Shown piece by piece: positions 19,423 through 28,887 of a stretch of 58,360 nucleotides of DNA (the first letter of the stretch is position 1; the number at the start of each line of letters is the position of its first letter). Below the pieces are notes generated by a model. That model saw nothing but the letters and a program-made list of their open reading frames with translations. It was not told where the DNA came from and searched no databases. A program made the position numbers and the translations under genes. Origin of the DNA: Dysgonamonadaceae bacterium (GTDB lineage Bacteria > Bacteroidota > Bacteroidia > Bacteroidales > Azobacteroidaceae); NCBI GenBank assembly GCA_031270075.1, contig JAISYG010000025.1:1-58360 (forward strand), read 5' to 3'.

Positions 19423-22023
19423 TTAACGTTTCATAAATTTCTTGGCAACCACTCCTGTGGAAGTAGTTACTTGAAGCACATATACGCCTTGAGGCAAATG
19501 GCCGATAGCAATGGTAGCGCTCGTACCGTTGGTCTTAGCGGAGCGGACAAGGCGGCCGTCGATGCCGTACAAAGCATAGCCTGCCAGATGGCCACCGGCT
19601 GTTTGTACTTCCAGTTCGTAGGCTTTTACACTTATCGTTACGGCCGGAGCTACTTCAACGGCAGGGATACCGACCGGACCTTCGGCCAGTTTGTGTACCG
19701 CTAAACCGTTGTTGGGAACCCATACGTAGATGGTTGCTACATCGCCGGATACGAAAGCGTCGATGCCCACATGAACAGAAGTATTAGCAACACTGCCGAT
19801 AGCGGGTGCGGATGCTACTTCCACCGGAGCGGTCTTGTCGGTAATGTCAAATACTTTGATGGCGCCCAGTCCGCCGTCGGTCAATACCAGATACGGCGTG
19901 CCTTTCAATACAAAGTAAGCCGATCCGCCGAAGGAAGTTGTTGCCGTACCAATGGGTTCTTGGGTAGCGGTTCCGGCTACCGGATCAATCGTAACGTATC
20001 GAGGGATATTAGTTTGTCCCGTAGTAATCAGATGCGTTGCGTCGATCCATGTAATATCGCCGCCGGTATTGTTGTTGTTTGTGGTTCCGTCGTCCTTGTA
20101 ATTAATGTCTGCTGAAACAATGGGAGTGGTTACCGTTGTTCCATCGGTCGACCAAATACGCAGGTGCGGAGTTGCGTTGGTAGAAGTACCGGCAATATAA
20201 GTGGCCGTACCGTCCACCTTGTAAACTTCAATATAGTCGCAGCGTTTGCCGCTGCCGACGGTTCCGCTTTCATCGGCATAAGTAAGCGTAGTAACTGCAT
20301 TGGCGTTCAATACATCCACGGTGGAAATGCTGAAATTCGAACCACCGGCGGTGTTTCCGGTCGGTACATACAATTGGCCTGCACCGTCGGAAGAGATGCC
20401 GAAGCAGTTAAGAGCAGCGTTCGTAATCAGGCCGGATGCGTCTTCTTCGCCCGTTGCGCCGTCAATGACATGGATTTTACCCGAATTGTCGATAGCATAT
20501 ACTTTGCCGTCATACACAGCGGCGTCGCGCGAAGCATTGCCGGTGTTCCAGGTGTAATCGGTTTTCGTATATTGCGTAGTCAGTTGGACCTCCGGAGCGG
20601 GAGGGGTATTTTCTATCGTCAAAACAGATGCGGAGGGTGCAGGGGTGGTGAAGGTGTTGTTTGCTTTCGGGAGGGCGTAAACCGAGAAAGCGCTTATATT
20701 TCCTCCTACATAAACGTTGTTTGCATTATCCAACGCTACGGAGTAGGAATTTGTCCCATAAGGGGTAGCAATCTCATATTTAAGAGCGAGCGAGGGTTTT
20801 CCGGCATCATCGAAAGCGATATCCAAAACTCGTACTGCGCCGTTACCGGTTAATACCATCATTGTTTTGTCGTCGTTCAATGCCATGCCTCCCTGAGAAG
20901 TATTAGCCAATAAGCCGACTGCATCGATAGAGGAAATGAAATCGACACTGGTGCCATTGTAGTGAATCAGCGGAGGAATGTCTGTTTCTGTTCCGATTGC
21001 ACGATTTTGGCAAATCCACCAACCGCCGCGTCCGTCGGGCGCTATACAGGAATTGCCGTTTTGTTGCAGATTGTTATTGGTAACATCATCGTAAATTAAT
21101 GCGCTGGGCGCTGCTGTCCACGGGTTTTCCAGCACTCCTATATCGTAGCGGTAAATATTGCCTGCTATTCCGGAAGGGATGCCCAAGTCTTCGTCGAAGG
21201 TATACAACTTGGTATCGGCTCCTGTGCCTTCGATATAGCAGTGCGCTATGGAACCGTGTATACCCACGCCATCCTGACTTGCCACGCCGGTGGCATTGCG
21301 TGTTCCACCGAATACGGGTTTCAAATTGGCCGAAGGATTGGCCGGATCCAATATCCAGATACCTGTATGACTATCGCTCCAGTCGGTGATGAATACCTGA
21401 CCGTCAGGAGCAACTACTACACGGAAAGGACTTGCTCCGCTGTTACCGCCGGAGCCGGTCAGCCCCCATGTAACACCACCGGCGTATGCAGTTGCACCTT
21501 GTCCGGTAACATCTTCCAAGGCGGCATTGTAAATATAAATGCCGTCGTTTGTAGCTCGGATAGTAGTAGAGGCTGTTGCTTCATTTCCTTCGGTGGCGTA
21601 TACACGGCCAAAGAATGGGCTTTCGAAACTGTTATCTACGGTTATGCCGCGCAATGCACGAAAACCGAGATGTTCAGCGTCGTTAGAAACTTTCACCGGC
21701 GCTGTTGCTTCGTTCGCAGCCGCAGCCACCGTTATCGACCAAGCATATTGGCCGCTGGCCAAATCGCTCAGGTCGAGCGTTACGGAGTGTGCGCCTTTGG
21801 TCAGTGCACCCGGGTCGGTGATCGATTTGTTGACGATCGTTGCACCGGTAATGATTTCAATACTACCGGAGGTGGCGTCTGCATTCAGTGTGTAACCGAA
21901 TGTGTAGTGTGTACCATCTACTTTTTCAGCTTTCAGGCCGGAAGCATAGATGTTTGCTTGCTGTGCATAGCTTGTCAGCGTGCACAATGCAAAAACCAAT
22001 AATAACAAAAACGTTCTTTTCAT
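19423..22023 (-). CDS. 866-aa T9SS-secreted beta-propeller protein, function unknown
   Basis: Signal peptide; shares NIYASGL/SPFFGR/GQGATAYAGGV/DGRGGWW module with neighbours; tail LYGIDGRLV...GVYVLQV. Confidence 0.8.
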   Translation of the reverse strand: MKRTFLLLLVFALCTLTSYAQQANIYASGLKAEKVDGTHYTFGYTLNADATSGSIEIITGATIVNKSITDPGALTKGAHSVTLDLSDLASGQYAWSITVAAAANEATAPVKVSNDAEHLGFRALRGITVDNSFESPFFGRVYATEGNEATASTTIRATNDGIYIYNAALEDVTGQGATAYAGGVTWGLTGSGGNSGASPFRVVVAPDGQVFITDWSDSHTGIWILDPANPSANLKPVFGGTRNATGVASQDGVGIHGSIAHCYIEGTGADTKLYTFDEDLGIPSGIAGNIYRYDIGVLENPWTAAPSALIYDDVTNNNLQQNGNSCIAPDGRGGWWICQNRAIGTETDIPPLIHYNGTSVDFISSIDAVGLLANTSQGGMALNDDKTMMVLTGNGAVRVLDIAFDDAGKPSLALKYEIATPYGTNSYSVALDNANNVYVGGNISAFSVYALPKANNTFTTPAPSASVLTIENTPPAPEVQLTTQYTKTDYTWNTGNASRDAAVYDGKVYAIDNSGKIHVIDGATGEEDASGLITNAALNCFGISSDGAGQLYVPTGNTAGGSNFSISTVDVLNANAVTTLTYADESGTVGSGKRCDYIEVYKVDGTATYIAGTSTNATPHLRIWSTDGTTVTTPIVSADINYKDDGTTNNNNTGGDITWIDATHLITTGQTNIPRYVTIDPVAGTATQEPIGTATTSFGGSAYFVLKGTPYLVLTDGGLGAIKVFDITDKTAPVEVASAPAIGSVANTSVHVGIDAFVSGDVATIYVWVPNNGLAVHKLAEGPVGIPAVEVAPAVTISVKAYELEVQTAGGHLAGYALYGIDGRLVRSAKTNGTSATIAIGHLPQGVYVLQVTTSTGVVAKKFMKR

Positions 22024-22048
22024 GACTTTTTACAATTAAAATGAAACC

Positions 22049-25000
22049 TTATTTTTTAATAATTCTCTTTACAATCATTCCATTGGATGTTTGAATTTGC
22101 AGGATGTAAACGCCTGCATTTAATCCGCCGGCGGATACAAGCTGTCTGTTGCCGTTGATTGTTTCCGAACGAACGGCGCGTCCGTTGAGGTCGTAAAGCG
22201 TATAGGCTTTCAGTGGGGTTCCCTGTCCGTCGATCACTAATTCGGAAGTTACGGGATTGGGATAGACGTTTACATTGTCCCGGACTTCCGGGGCATCGAT
22301 TCCAGTGCCTTTGTCTACGGATACACGAGAGGTGTAGCTGTTGTCGGCTTTCGGTATAGCGTAAATAGTTAGCGTTTTATTCACTGCCACATATAAGTTG
22401 CCTGCCACATCGAAGGCGCAACTCCAAGTGTAGCCCCCGCCGTGTTCAATCGTGTACAGCAACTCCAACGACGGCACATTGCTCGCATTGAAAGTAATGG
22501 CAAATATCCTGACTGCGTTGTTGCCTCCGGAGGCCAGAATCGAACCGTCGCTATTGACCGCCATGCCTCCCTGATACGAATCGGTTATGGTTGCCGCCGA
22601 GTTATAATCCACCGATCCGTTTTGCGATACATGAATCAGACAAGGGGTTGAAGCGTCGCCGTTAGCTGCTCTATATTGAGAAATCCACCAGCCACCCCGA
22701 CCGTCGGTTGCAATCTGGCTGTTACCGTTCTTTTGCAAGTTACCGTTATCCACATCGTCGTATACAACAGATGATGGGGCCGTTATCCAAGGGGTTGTAC
22801 TGTTTCCGATATTGTATTGGAACAGGTTGCCGCCGGCAATATAAGTGGGATCAGGGGATTTACCAGGCGCCAGTAAATCTTCATCCAACGTGTAGAGTTT
22901 CATGTTATCGCCTGTCCCAATCACTTTGCAATCGGAAACCGAACCGTGAACAGCCGTTCCATTTGCCGTAGCTAAACCTATGGTATTGGTAGTGCCACCG
23001 AATACCGGACGGAAAGCTGTGCCGGGATCGGCCGGATTCATCACCCAGATGCCGGAAGTAGACGTATCGCTCCAATCCGTCACATAGACCTGCCCATGGG
23101 GATCTACAGTCAAACGGAACGGACTTGCAGCCGTTGTGTGCCAACTGACATTCCCTGCATAAGCAGTAGCGCCTTGTCCGGTAATATCGTTCAGGCCGGC
23201 GTCCAATACATAAACGCCATCGTTGGTGGTTCTTCCGGTAGCGGCGCCGCCCTGACCTTCCGAAAGATAAATCCGTCCGAAGAATGGACTTTCCGGGTTG
23301 TTATCTACCGTTACTCCACGCAAATTGTTAAATTGAATCTGCGATTCGCTGCCGCTTATTTTTACCGGACGGCTTACCAGCCGCGCGGTTGCCGTAACAC
23401 TCCATGCATCGAAGCCGGTGGTACCGAACGGATTGCTAATTGTATGAACTCCTTTCGTCAATGCGCCCGCATCGTAGGAAGTGAGCGTTTCACCCTCTTC
23501 CGAAATGCTGATCACTACCGATTGGGCGTTTTCGTTCAAGGTAAACTTAAAGCTTCCGCCGGCAGCATCGGAGAAAGACAATTCCGATGCATAGATGTTA
23601 GCCACCGTACTTTGTTCGGTTTTGTAACGCGCCGTTCCCTGATTTTGAGCAAAAATGTTTAATTCAATATCGTAGCCGTTTACCACAATGCCTGCCAGCA
23701 TAGCGTCGGACGGCGTAGCGCCAAGTCCGCTTTCAGGATAATTCTCCGAAAGTTTGACGGCATTGTCCAAACCGTCGGTTACCTTATAGAGCGCCACTCC
23801 CACCCCGGAAGCGTCGGCATTGCAAACCGGCGCAGCCATAAACACCTGGTCGGCATAGCGGGCAAATGCATTCCCTTGAGCTACCACAGGTGTTTCGGTA
23901 GCGGCCAACACGCCTTTTTTAACCAGCGGATAACGATCCGGCTGTTCCCAATCGAACTGGTATTCGGTGGCTTGTATGATCTCGCTGTCGATAATCAAAT
24001 GGTCGCCGCTTCCCGATGGCGAAATAGTGAATTTCGGGTGTGCACCCCATTCGGCTTCGGTATAGATAGCAGCGTTACCATGGTCGCCGCTTCCCATATA
24101 TTTATCGCCAAGCATATTTGTGGCCGCCAGGTATTCGAAGGCGATAATGCGAATCTGTTTCGATGAGCCGCTCGTTACAGCAGGGGTGTATACTTTCAGA
24201 TGGTCGCTGGCGCCGGCGGTAGCAAACGTTTCGCCGACAATGCCGGTCGTCCAGTTCCCCTGTTTTTGCGACTGAAACAGCAATGTGGGCGCAGCATTGT
24301 CGTTGTCCCATTTGTATATTTTGAAATAGTTGCTTGGCGCTTCAAAAGGGATTGTCGCCTTATTGCAGGCAAGCAATTTACCATCGGCGGCAAAGGCTAT
24401 ATCACTCAAAAGAACATCGCCGCCTTCCACGCCGGTAAGGTTCAATTCGCCGAGCCAAGTTTGCGATGCTGCGTCGTAGATCCGGATTTTAGGATCGGTC
24501 GTCAGCACATAATATTTGTTGTTGCGAAACAGTATGCGTTTGATCGAAGCGCCGCTTAACGCATCCAATGCAGCGATTTCACCCTGCTGTACAAAGTCGT
24601 AATGATCCAACGCCACAACGCCGGCATCCTGGTCGGGTTGTGGATAATCGGGTTCCAGTTTACTGTTAAGCGCATAATCGGGATTGAAAAGCTTTACCTT
24701 GGCGTAAGCAATATTCGAAGCGGAGGCCGTAACATCGACGGTTTTGCTTTCGTATCCGGTTGCCTCGACGCGCACTTTGTAATTGCCGGCCGCCAAGTGG
24801 TAGAACGCAAAAATGCCGTTGTACCAATTGTCGGTAGTGTAGGTTTGCAGCACATTTTGACCGCTTTCGTCGAGCAGTGTTACAACAGCGCCGTTCAGCG
24901 GTTTCCATTGGTCATCCGTAGCTGAGCGGAAAAGAAATTTAGGCTGATTCAACACATCCACTCTTTCGTTTTCGCTCTTCACCCAACCGGCAATGGTAGC

Positions 25001-25717
25001 TTCGGCAGGCATATCGCGTTGAAAATACTGGTGAAAATGCTGGAACATGCGCATAGCCTCCAGCTTGCAGTAATCGTTGTTACACAAGCGGTGCGTTTCG
25101 GGCGCATAATCGTGGAAAGAGCCTTCGGACAGAAATCCGGGAACAGTCAGCGGACGCAAAACGCCTAAACCCACAGTATTACCGTAGAACGTAAAGTCGC
25201 CATAAAGCCTGGGTGTAGCGTCCTGCCAAACCGTGAGTGGATTATTCTGTTGTATCGGGCCGGCCGACTGAGCCATAGGCAAACTGGCCGTCACGGTCGG
25301 TTGATTGCTGTAACCATGATAAAGCAGCAATAAATAATTCGTAATGCCGGGAGTATCCATCGCATTGCTGTGAATCGACAGGAAATGATCCACATTATTG
25401 GCATTCGCCTCTGCGGCAATGGCCGACAAAGCGCGATCGTCTACCGTTCGATTTTCAGTACGCGAGATAATAACGGTAGCGCCTGCCGCTTCGAGCATCG
25501 TTTTTAAGACCAGTCCTTTTACCAGATTGGATTTCGACTCCCAATACCCTTCGGGATTCGTCCATTGCTCCGGAACGGGGATGGTCCATATACTGCGATC
25601 GTCCGAATCGTAACCGCCGTGTCCCGGGTTGATGTAGATTTTTACTCCGGTCAAATCGGTGGCCTGTGCAACCACACTTGTCAAAAGAACAAGCAGTAAT
25701 AATGCGATTTTTTTCAT
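22049..25717 (-). CDS. N-acetylmuramoyl-L-alanine amidase (Amidase_3) fused to beta-propeller modules, T9SS tail
   Basis: INPGHGG..WESKSN, SIHSNA, SEGSFHD; VYPNP...GVYILQI tail. Confidence 0.9.
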   Translation of the reverse strand: MKKIALLLLVLLTSVVAQATDLTGVKIYINPGHGGYDSDDRSIWTIPVPEQWTNPEGYWESKSNLVKGLVLKTMLEAAGATVIISRTENRTVDDRALSAIAAEANANNVDHFLSIHSNAMDTPGITNYLLLLYHGYSNQPTVTASLPMAQSAGPIQQNNPLTVWQDATPRLYGDFTFYGNTVGLGVLRPLTVPGFLSEGSFHDYAPETHRLCNNDYCKLEAMRMFQHFHQYFQRDMPAEATIAGWVKSENERVDVLNQPKFLFRSATDDQWKPLNGAVVTLLDESGQNVLQTYTTDNWYNGIFAFYHLAAGNYKVRVEATGYESKTVDVTASASNIAYAKVKLFNPDYALNSKLEPDYPQPDQDAGVVALDHYDFVQQGEIAALDALSGASIKRILFRNNKYYVLTTDPKIRIYDAASQTWLGELNLTGVEGGDVLLSDIAFAADGKLLACNKATIPFEAPSNYFKIYKWDNDNAAPTLLFQSQKQGNWTTGIVGETFATAGASDHLKVYTPAVTSGSSKQIRIIAFEYLAATNMLGDKYMGSGDHGNAAIYTEAEWGAHPKFTISPSGSGDHLIIDSEIIQATEYQFDWEQPDRYPLVKKGVLAATETPVVAQGNAFARYADQVFMAAPVCNADASGVGVALYKVTDGLDNAVKLSENYPESGLGATPSDAMLAGIVVNGYDIELNIFAQNQGTARYKTEQSTVANIYASELSFSDAAGGSFKFTLNENAQSVVISISEEGETLTSYDAGALTKGVHTISNPFGTTGFDAWSVTATARLVSRPVKISGSESQIQFNNLRGVTVDNNPESPFFGRIYLSEGQGGAATGRTTNDGVYVLDAGLNDITGQGATAYAGNVSWHTTAASPFRLTVDPHGQVYVTDWSDTSTSGIWVMNPADPGTAFRPVFGGTTNTIGLATANGTAVHGSVSDCKVIGTGDNMKLYTLDEDLLAPGKSPDPTYIAGGNLFQYNIGNSTTPWITAPSSVVYDDVDNGNLQKNGNSQIATDGRGGWWISQYRAANGDASTPCLIHVSQNGSVDYNSAATITDSYQGGMAVNSDGSILASGGNNAVRIFAITFNASNVPSLELLYTIEHGGGYTWSCAFDVAGNLYVAVNKTLTIYAIPKADNSYTSRVSVDKGTGIDAPEVRDNVNVYPNPVTSELVIDGQGTPLKAYTLYDLNGRAVRSETINGNRQLVSAGGLNAGVYILQIQTSNGMIVKRIIKK

Positions 25718-25731
25718 GACTTGTTCCTCCT

Positions 25732-26649
25732 TTATTTTTGAATGTGAATAGCTAAAACATATATTTTCCCTTCATCGCTGTTGAAAGCGATGCGTTTGCC
25801 GTCGGCCGAAGCTGCCGGGTACATGGCAATGGGCGTTTGGGGCGTGGCCAACGTTTGGCGGACTTTGCCGTCGATGGTGGCAACTACGATAGCGGACGAG
25901 ATAACGAAATCTCCATCATCTTTATCGTTCATACCGACAATCCATTGATTGTCCAGCCATTTGGGAGCGTTGAGCTTGCCTAAGGAAACCGGGTTTTTTC
26001 CGTCGATACCGCTCACATACGTGCCGCCGCCGGCTATTGTATACACAATATGCTTCCGGTCGGGCGATACGCTGGCCCAGAAATAGCTGGCATCGGCGCC
26101 ATTGGGCGTGAGCGTTGTCCGTTGGTTGCCGGAATACAGCACCATCTTTTGGTCTTCGATGTTAATAACCGGAGCCATGGGGGTTGAAGACGCTCGCAAC
26201 GGGGATTTCACCAGCGTGCTGCCTTTCACATACGCCGGTTGATCGCCGGCCCAAACGGGCGTGATCTTTTCCCGCGTCGCTTTGGCAACCTGCGATTGCC
26301 GCTTTTCCTGCAAACTGTACCGGTTCAGGGAAGTGTAACGCAGGTTGTTTTGCAACTCCGTCCGTTTGAAGAGGATGGTGTTGCCGTCGTCGCTGATACG
26401 AAGGTCGTAACCGGCTCCCGCATCGGTGGTGAGGGTTTGCACTTTGCCGGTAGCCGGCGAGTGATGGTTCAAACCGGCATAATTCTCGCCGGTCGTTAAC
26501 AGGTAAGTTCCGTCAGGACTGAATACCGGGTGGAAGAATCCACCTTTTTCCGTGCCTTTCAAGAGTTGAACGGACGTAACTTCAATTGCCTGGGCAGACG
26601 CGATCATTGTTTGCCCAAGCAGAACGATTAAAATAAGTAACTTTCTCAT
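25732..26649 (-). CDS. TolB-like beta-propeller protein, signal peptide (partner of amidase 2)
   Basis: HPVFSPDGTYL, ISDDGNTILF, WASVSPDRKHIVY, YPAASADGKRIAF. Confidence 0.85.
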   Translation of the reverse strand: MRKLLILIVLLGQTMIASAQAIEVTSVQLLKGTEKGGFFHPVFSPDGTYLLTTGENYAGLNHHSPATGKVQTLTTDAGAGYDLRISDDGNTILFKRTELQNNLRYTSLNRYSLQEKRQSQVAKATREKITPVWAGDQPAYVKGSTLVKSPLRASSTPMAPVINIEDQKMVLYSGNQRTTLTPNGADASYFWASVSPDRKHIVYTIAGGGTYVSGIDGKNPVSLGKLNAPKWLDNQWIVGMNDKDDGDFVISSAIVVATIDGKVRQTLATPQTPIAMYPAASADGKRIAFNSDEGKIYVLAIHIQK

Positions 26650-26666
26650 GATATGTATGATTGTGT

Positions 26667-28747
26667 TTAAAAATCATATCCTTTTATTGTTATTTTCTCA
26701 GCCCCGGTTTGAATGTGGATAAGCGAAGCGCCCTCACCCGAACGGTCGAGAGGAATACTGTTTTTCCCGCTTTGCAAATATATCTTCCAAGTCGATACCA
26801 ATTGTCCCGAAAGCTTGTAGATACGAACGACGGCCGGCCCGGCCGTTGCGGTTTCAATCGTCAGTTGATTGTTGTGTACCGAAGCCGTCAGGTTGGCGGA
26901 CGTTCCGGGGAATTCGTTCACGTCCGATCCGCCGTTGGGCGAAAGAATCACCTGCCGCGTTTCCGACCATACATCGAGGGCGTTGGCTTTGCGCGTCCGG
27001 ACACGCCAGTAGTACGTTCGTCCGTCGTCTTTAATATTCAGTTGTGAACTGGTATTGAATTGTGTCGCCGTGGTTTCCCGCGTACAGACAATATCGGTAA
27101 AAGAGGGGTCGGCGGCCAATTGCCAGACATAACAATCGGCTTTCTCTACGGCTTTCCACCGGAAGAGCGCCGGAATCCGTATATGGGAATAGTTATCCGG
27201 ATAAGTTAATTGTGCAGGAACGGCATCGACCAGGTTTTGTCCCAATACGCGCGGGGCAAACTCGTTGCCGTAGCGATCCAGTACCGCAACGGCGAGCCGG
27301 TGCGAACTGGTGCTGATGCCTTTGGGCAAGGTGTATCGCTTGGCGTAGGAAACGCCCAGCAGGTAATCCGACCGGGAGAATACCGACGGATCGTTTATCT
27401 TCGCCAGCGGAACGGCGTAAACGGCGAAGCGGACACTATCGGTGGTTTCATTATAAACCCATGAAAGTAAGCCATTTACAATGGGGGGGGGGGATTGAAG
27501 GTAACCATTTTCTGGTCGCTCGTCGGTTTCCAGCCGATGGTTGGTGTCAGGGAGGGTTTGGTAAAGACATTGGCCCGGAAATGGTCGCGGAAAGGTTTGT
27601 CGTAGACCCAGCCCAGTGTATTGTAAAACACATGGCCGGGGGCGTCGTCTTTGGCCGAACTGCGATTGAGGAGTGATTGATTCTTAAATTCTTCCTCATT
27701 CTGATAATAGCCGACATTGCTGGAATTGTTTTCGGCGTACCGGTAGATGGCCATGCTCGAATAAAATTGTACGCCGAATTGGTTCGATAAATTGGCCCAC
27801 CACGGACAGAGTTTGCTGTAATCCTGACTGCCGGTGATTTTCCAGTACAGTTGCGGCGAAATGTAATCGACGGTTCCCTGTTTCAGCCAGGCCACGGGGT
27901 CGCAATAGATTTCCTGGTACATATTGCCGCCGGTGATGCCGGAGGGTAGCGGAATGCCTTCTTTGGCGGCTACCGAATCATTGATAGTCCAGATGCCGAA
28001 GGGCGAAACGCCGAATGTAACCCAGGGACGGACGGCTTGAATGGTGTCGTACACATCGGCAATCATGCGGTTGACGTTGTCGCGACGCCAGTCGTGCACA
28101 TCCATGCCGGCGGGTTTGTATTTGGCGACCGAAGCGGCGTCCTGGGTAGTGGTGCCTCCGTAAGGATAAAAATAGTCGTCGAAAATAATGCCGTCTACGT
28201 CGTATTTACTTAAAATATCGCCGACAACACTTTTGATACGCACTCTGACTTCGGGTAATGCAGGGTCGCACACAACATTATTGGAATACCAGAGCAACCA
28301 TTCGGGATGGGTGTTTTCGTAATTCAGCGGCGAATTATTAGCATTTGTCCACTTGTTACCTGAGTTGTTATACCGGTAAGGATTTAACCAAGCATGGCAT
28401 TCGAGGCCGCGTTTATGACATTCTTCAACGACGAAAGCCAACGGATCCCAACCGGGATTGGTTCCGCGGGCGCCGCCCAAATCGCTGCTCCAAGGTTCGT
28501 AAGCGGAATTGTACAGGGCGTCGCAGCGCGAACGAACTTGGAAAAACACGGCGTTCAGATTCAAACTTTGAATGGAATCGAGCATTTTCACCATTTCGTT
28601 CTTTTGGGCTGTGGCACCGTTCTGTTTCGGCCAGTCAATACGGGCAACCGTAGCGATCCACGTGGCGCGCATTTCCCGTTTGGGAGATTGGGCTTGCAGC
28701 GTGGCGCATGAGAGGAGGAATAACAGCAGCGAATAGATTGGTTTCAT
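26667..28747 (-). pseudogene. GHL10 (DUF187; DigH/YddW-like) glycoside hydrolase, frameshifted at a C11 tract; possibly phase-variable
   Basis: 27476..28747 carries PKREMRATWIATV, FFQVR, HAWLNPYR, DGIIFDDYFYPY, DYISPQLYW; the other frame continues LSWVYNETTDSVRFAVYAVP...AVAVLDRYGNEF, matching the intact paralogue at 37442..40075. Confidence 0.88.
27483..27493. repeat. G11 (C11 on coding strand) homopolymer at the frameshift
   Basis: caat-ggggggggggg-attgaag; C9 or C12 restores the frame. Confidence 0.95.
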
Positions 28748-28887
28748 GATACAAATTGTTTATGATGATATTTTGAATGCCTGTGCCTTAGCCAGGTAAT
28801 TAATACTCACTTTCCGCGACCGATTGAATCCGTTTCCGGCTATTCTTACGATATCAATACCCATTATGAATAATAACTCTTTCATTT

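Noticed and set aside
26667-27329. Independent 220-aa gene
   Set aside because: TTG start in mid-domain, no signal peptide; homology to the GHL10 paralogue continues upstream to the C11 tract
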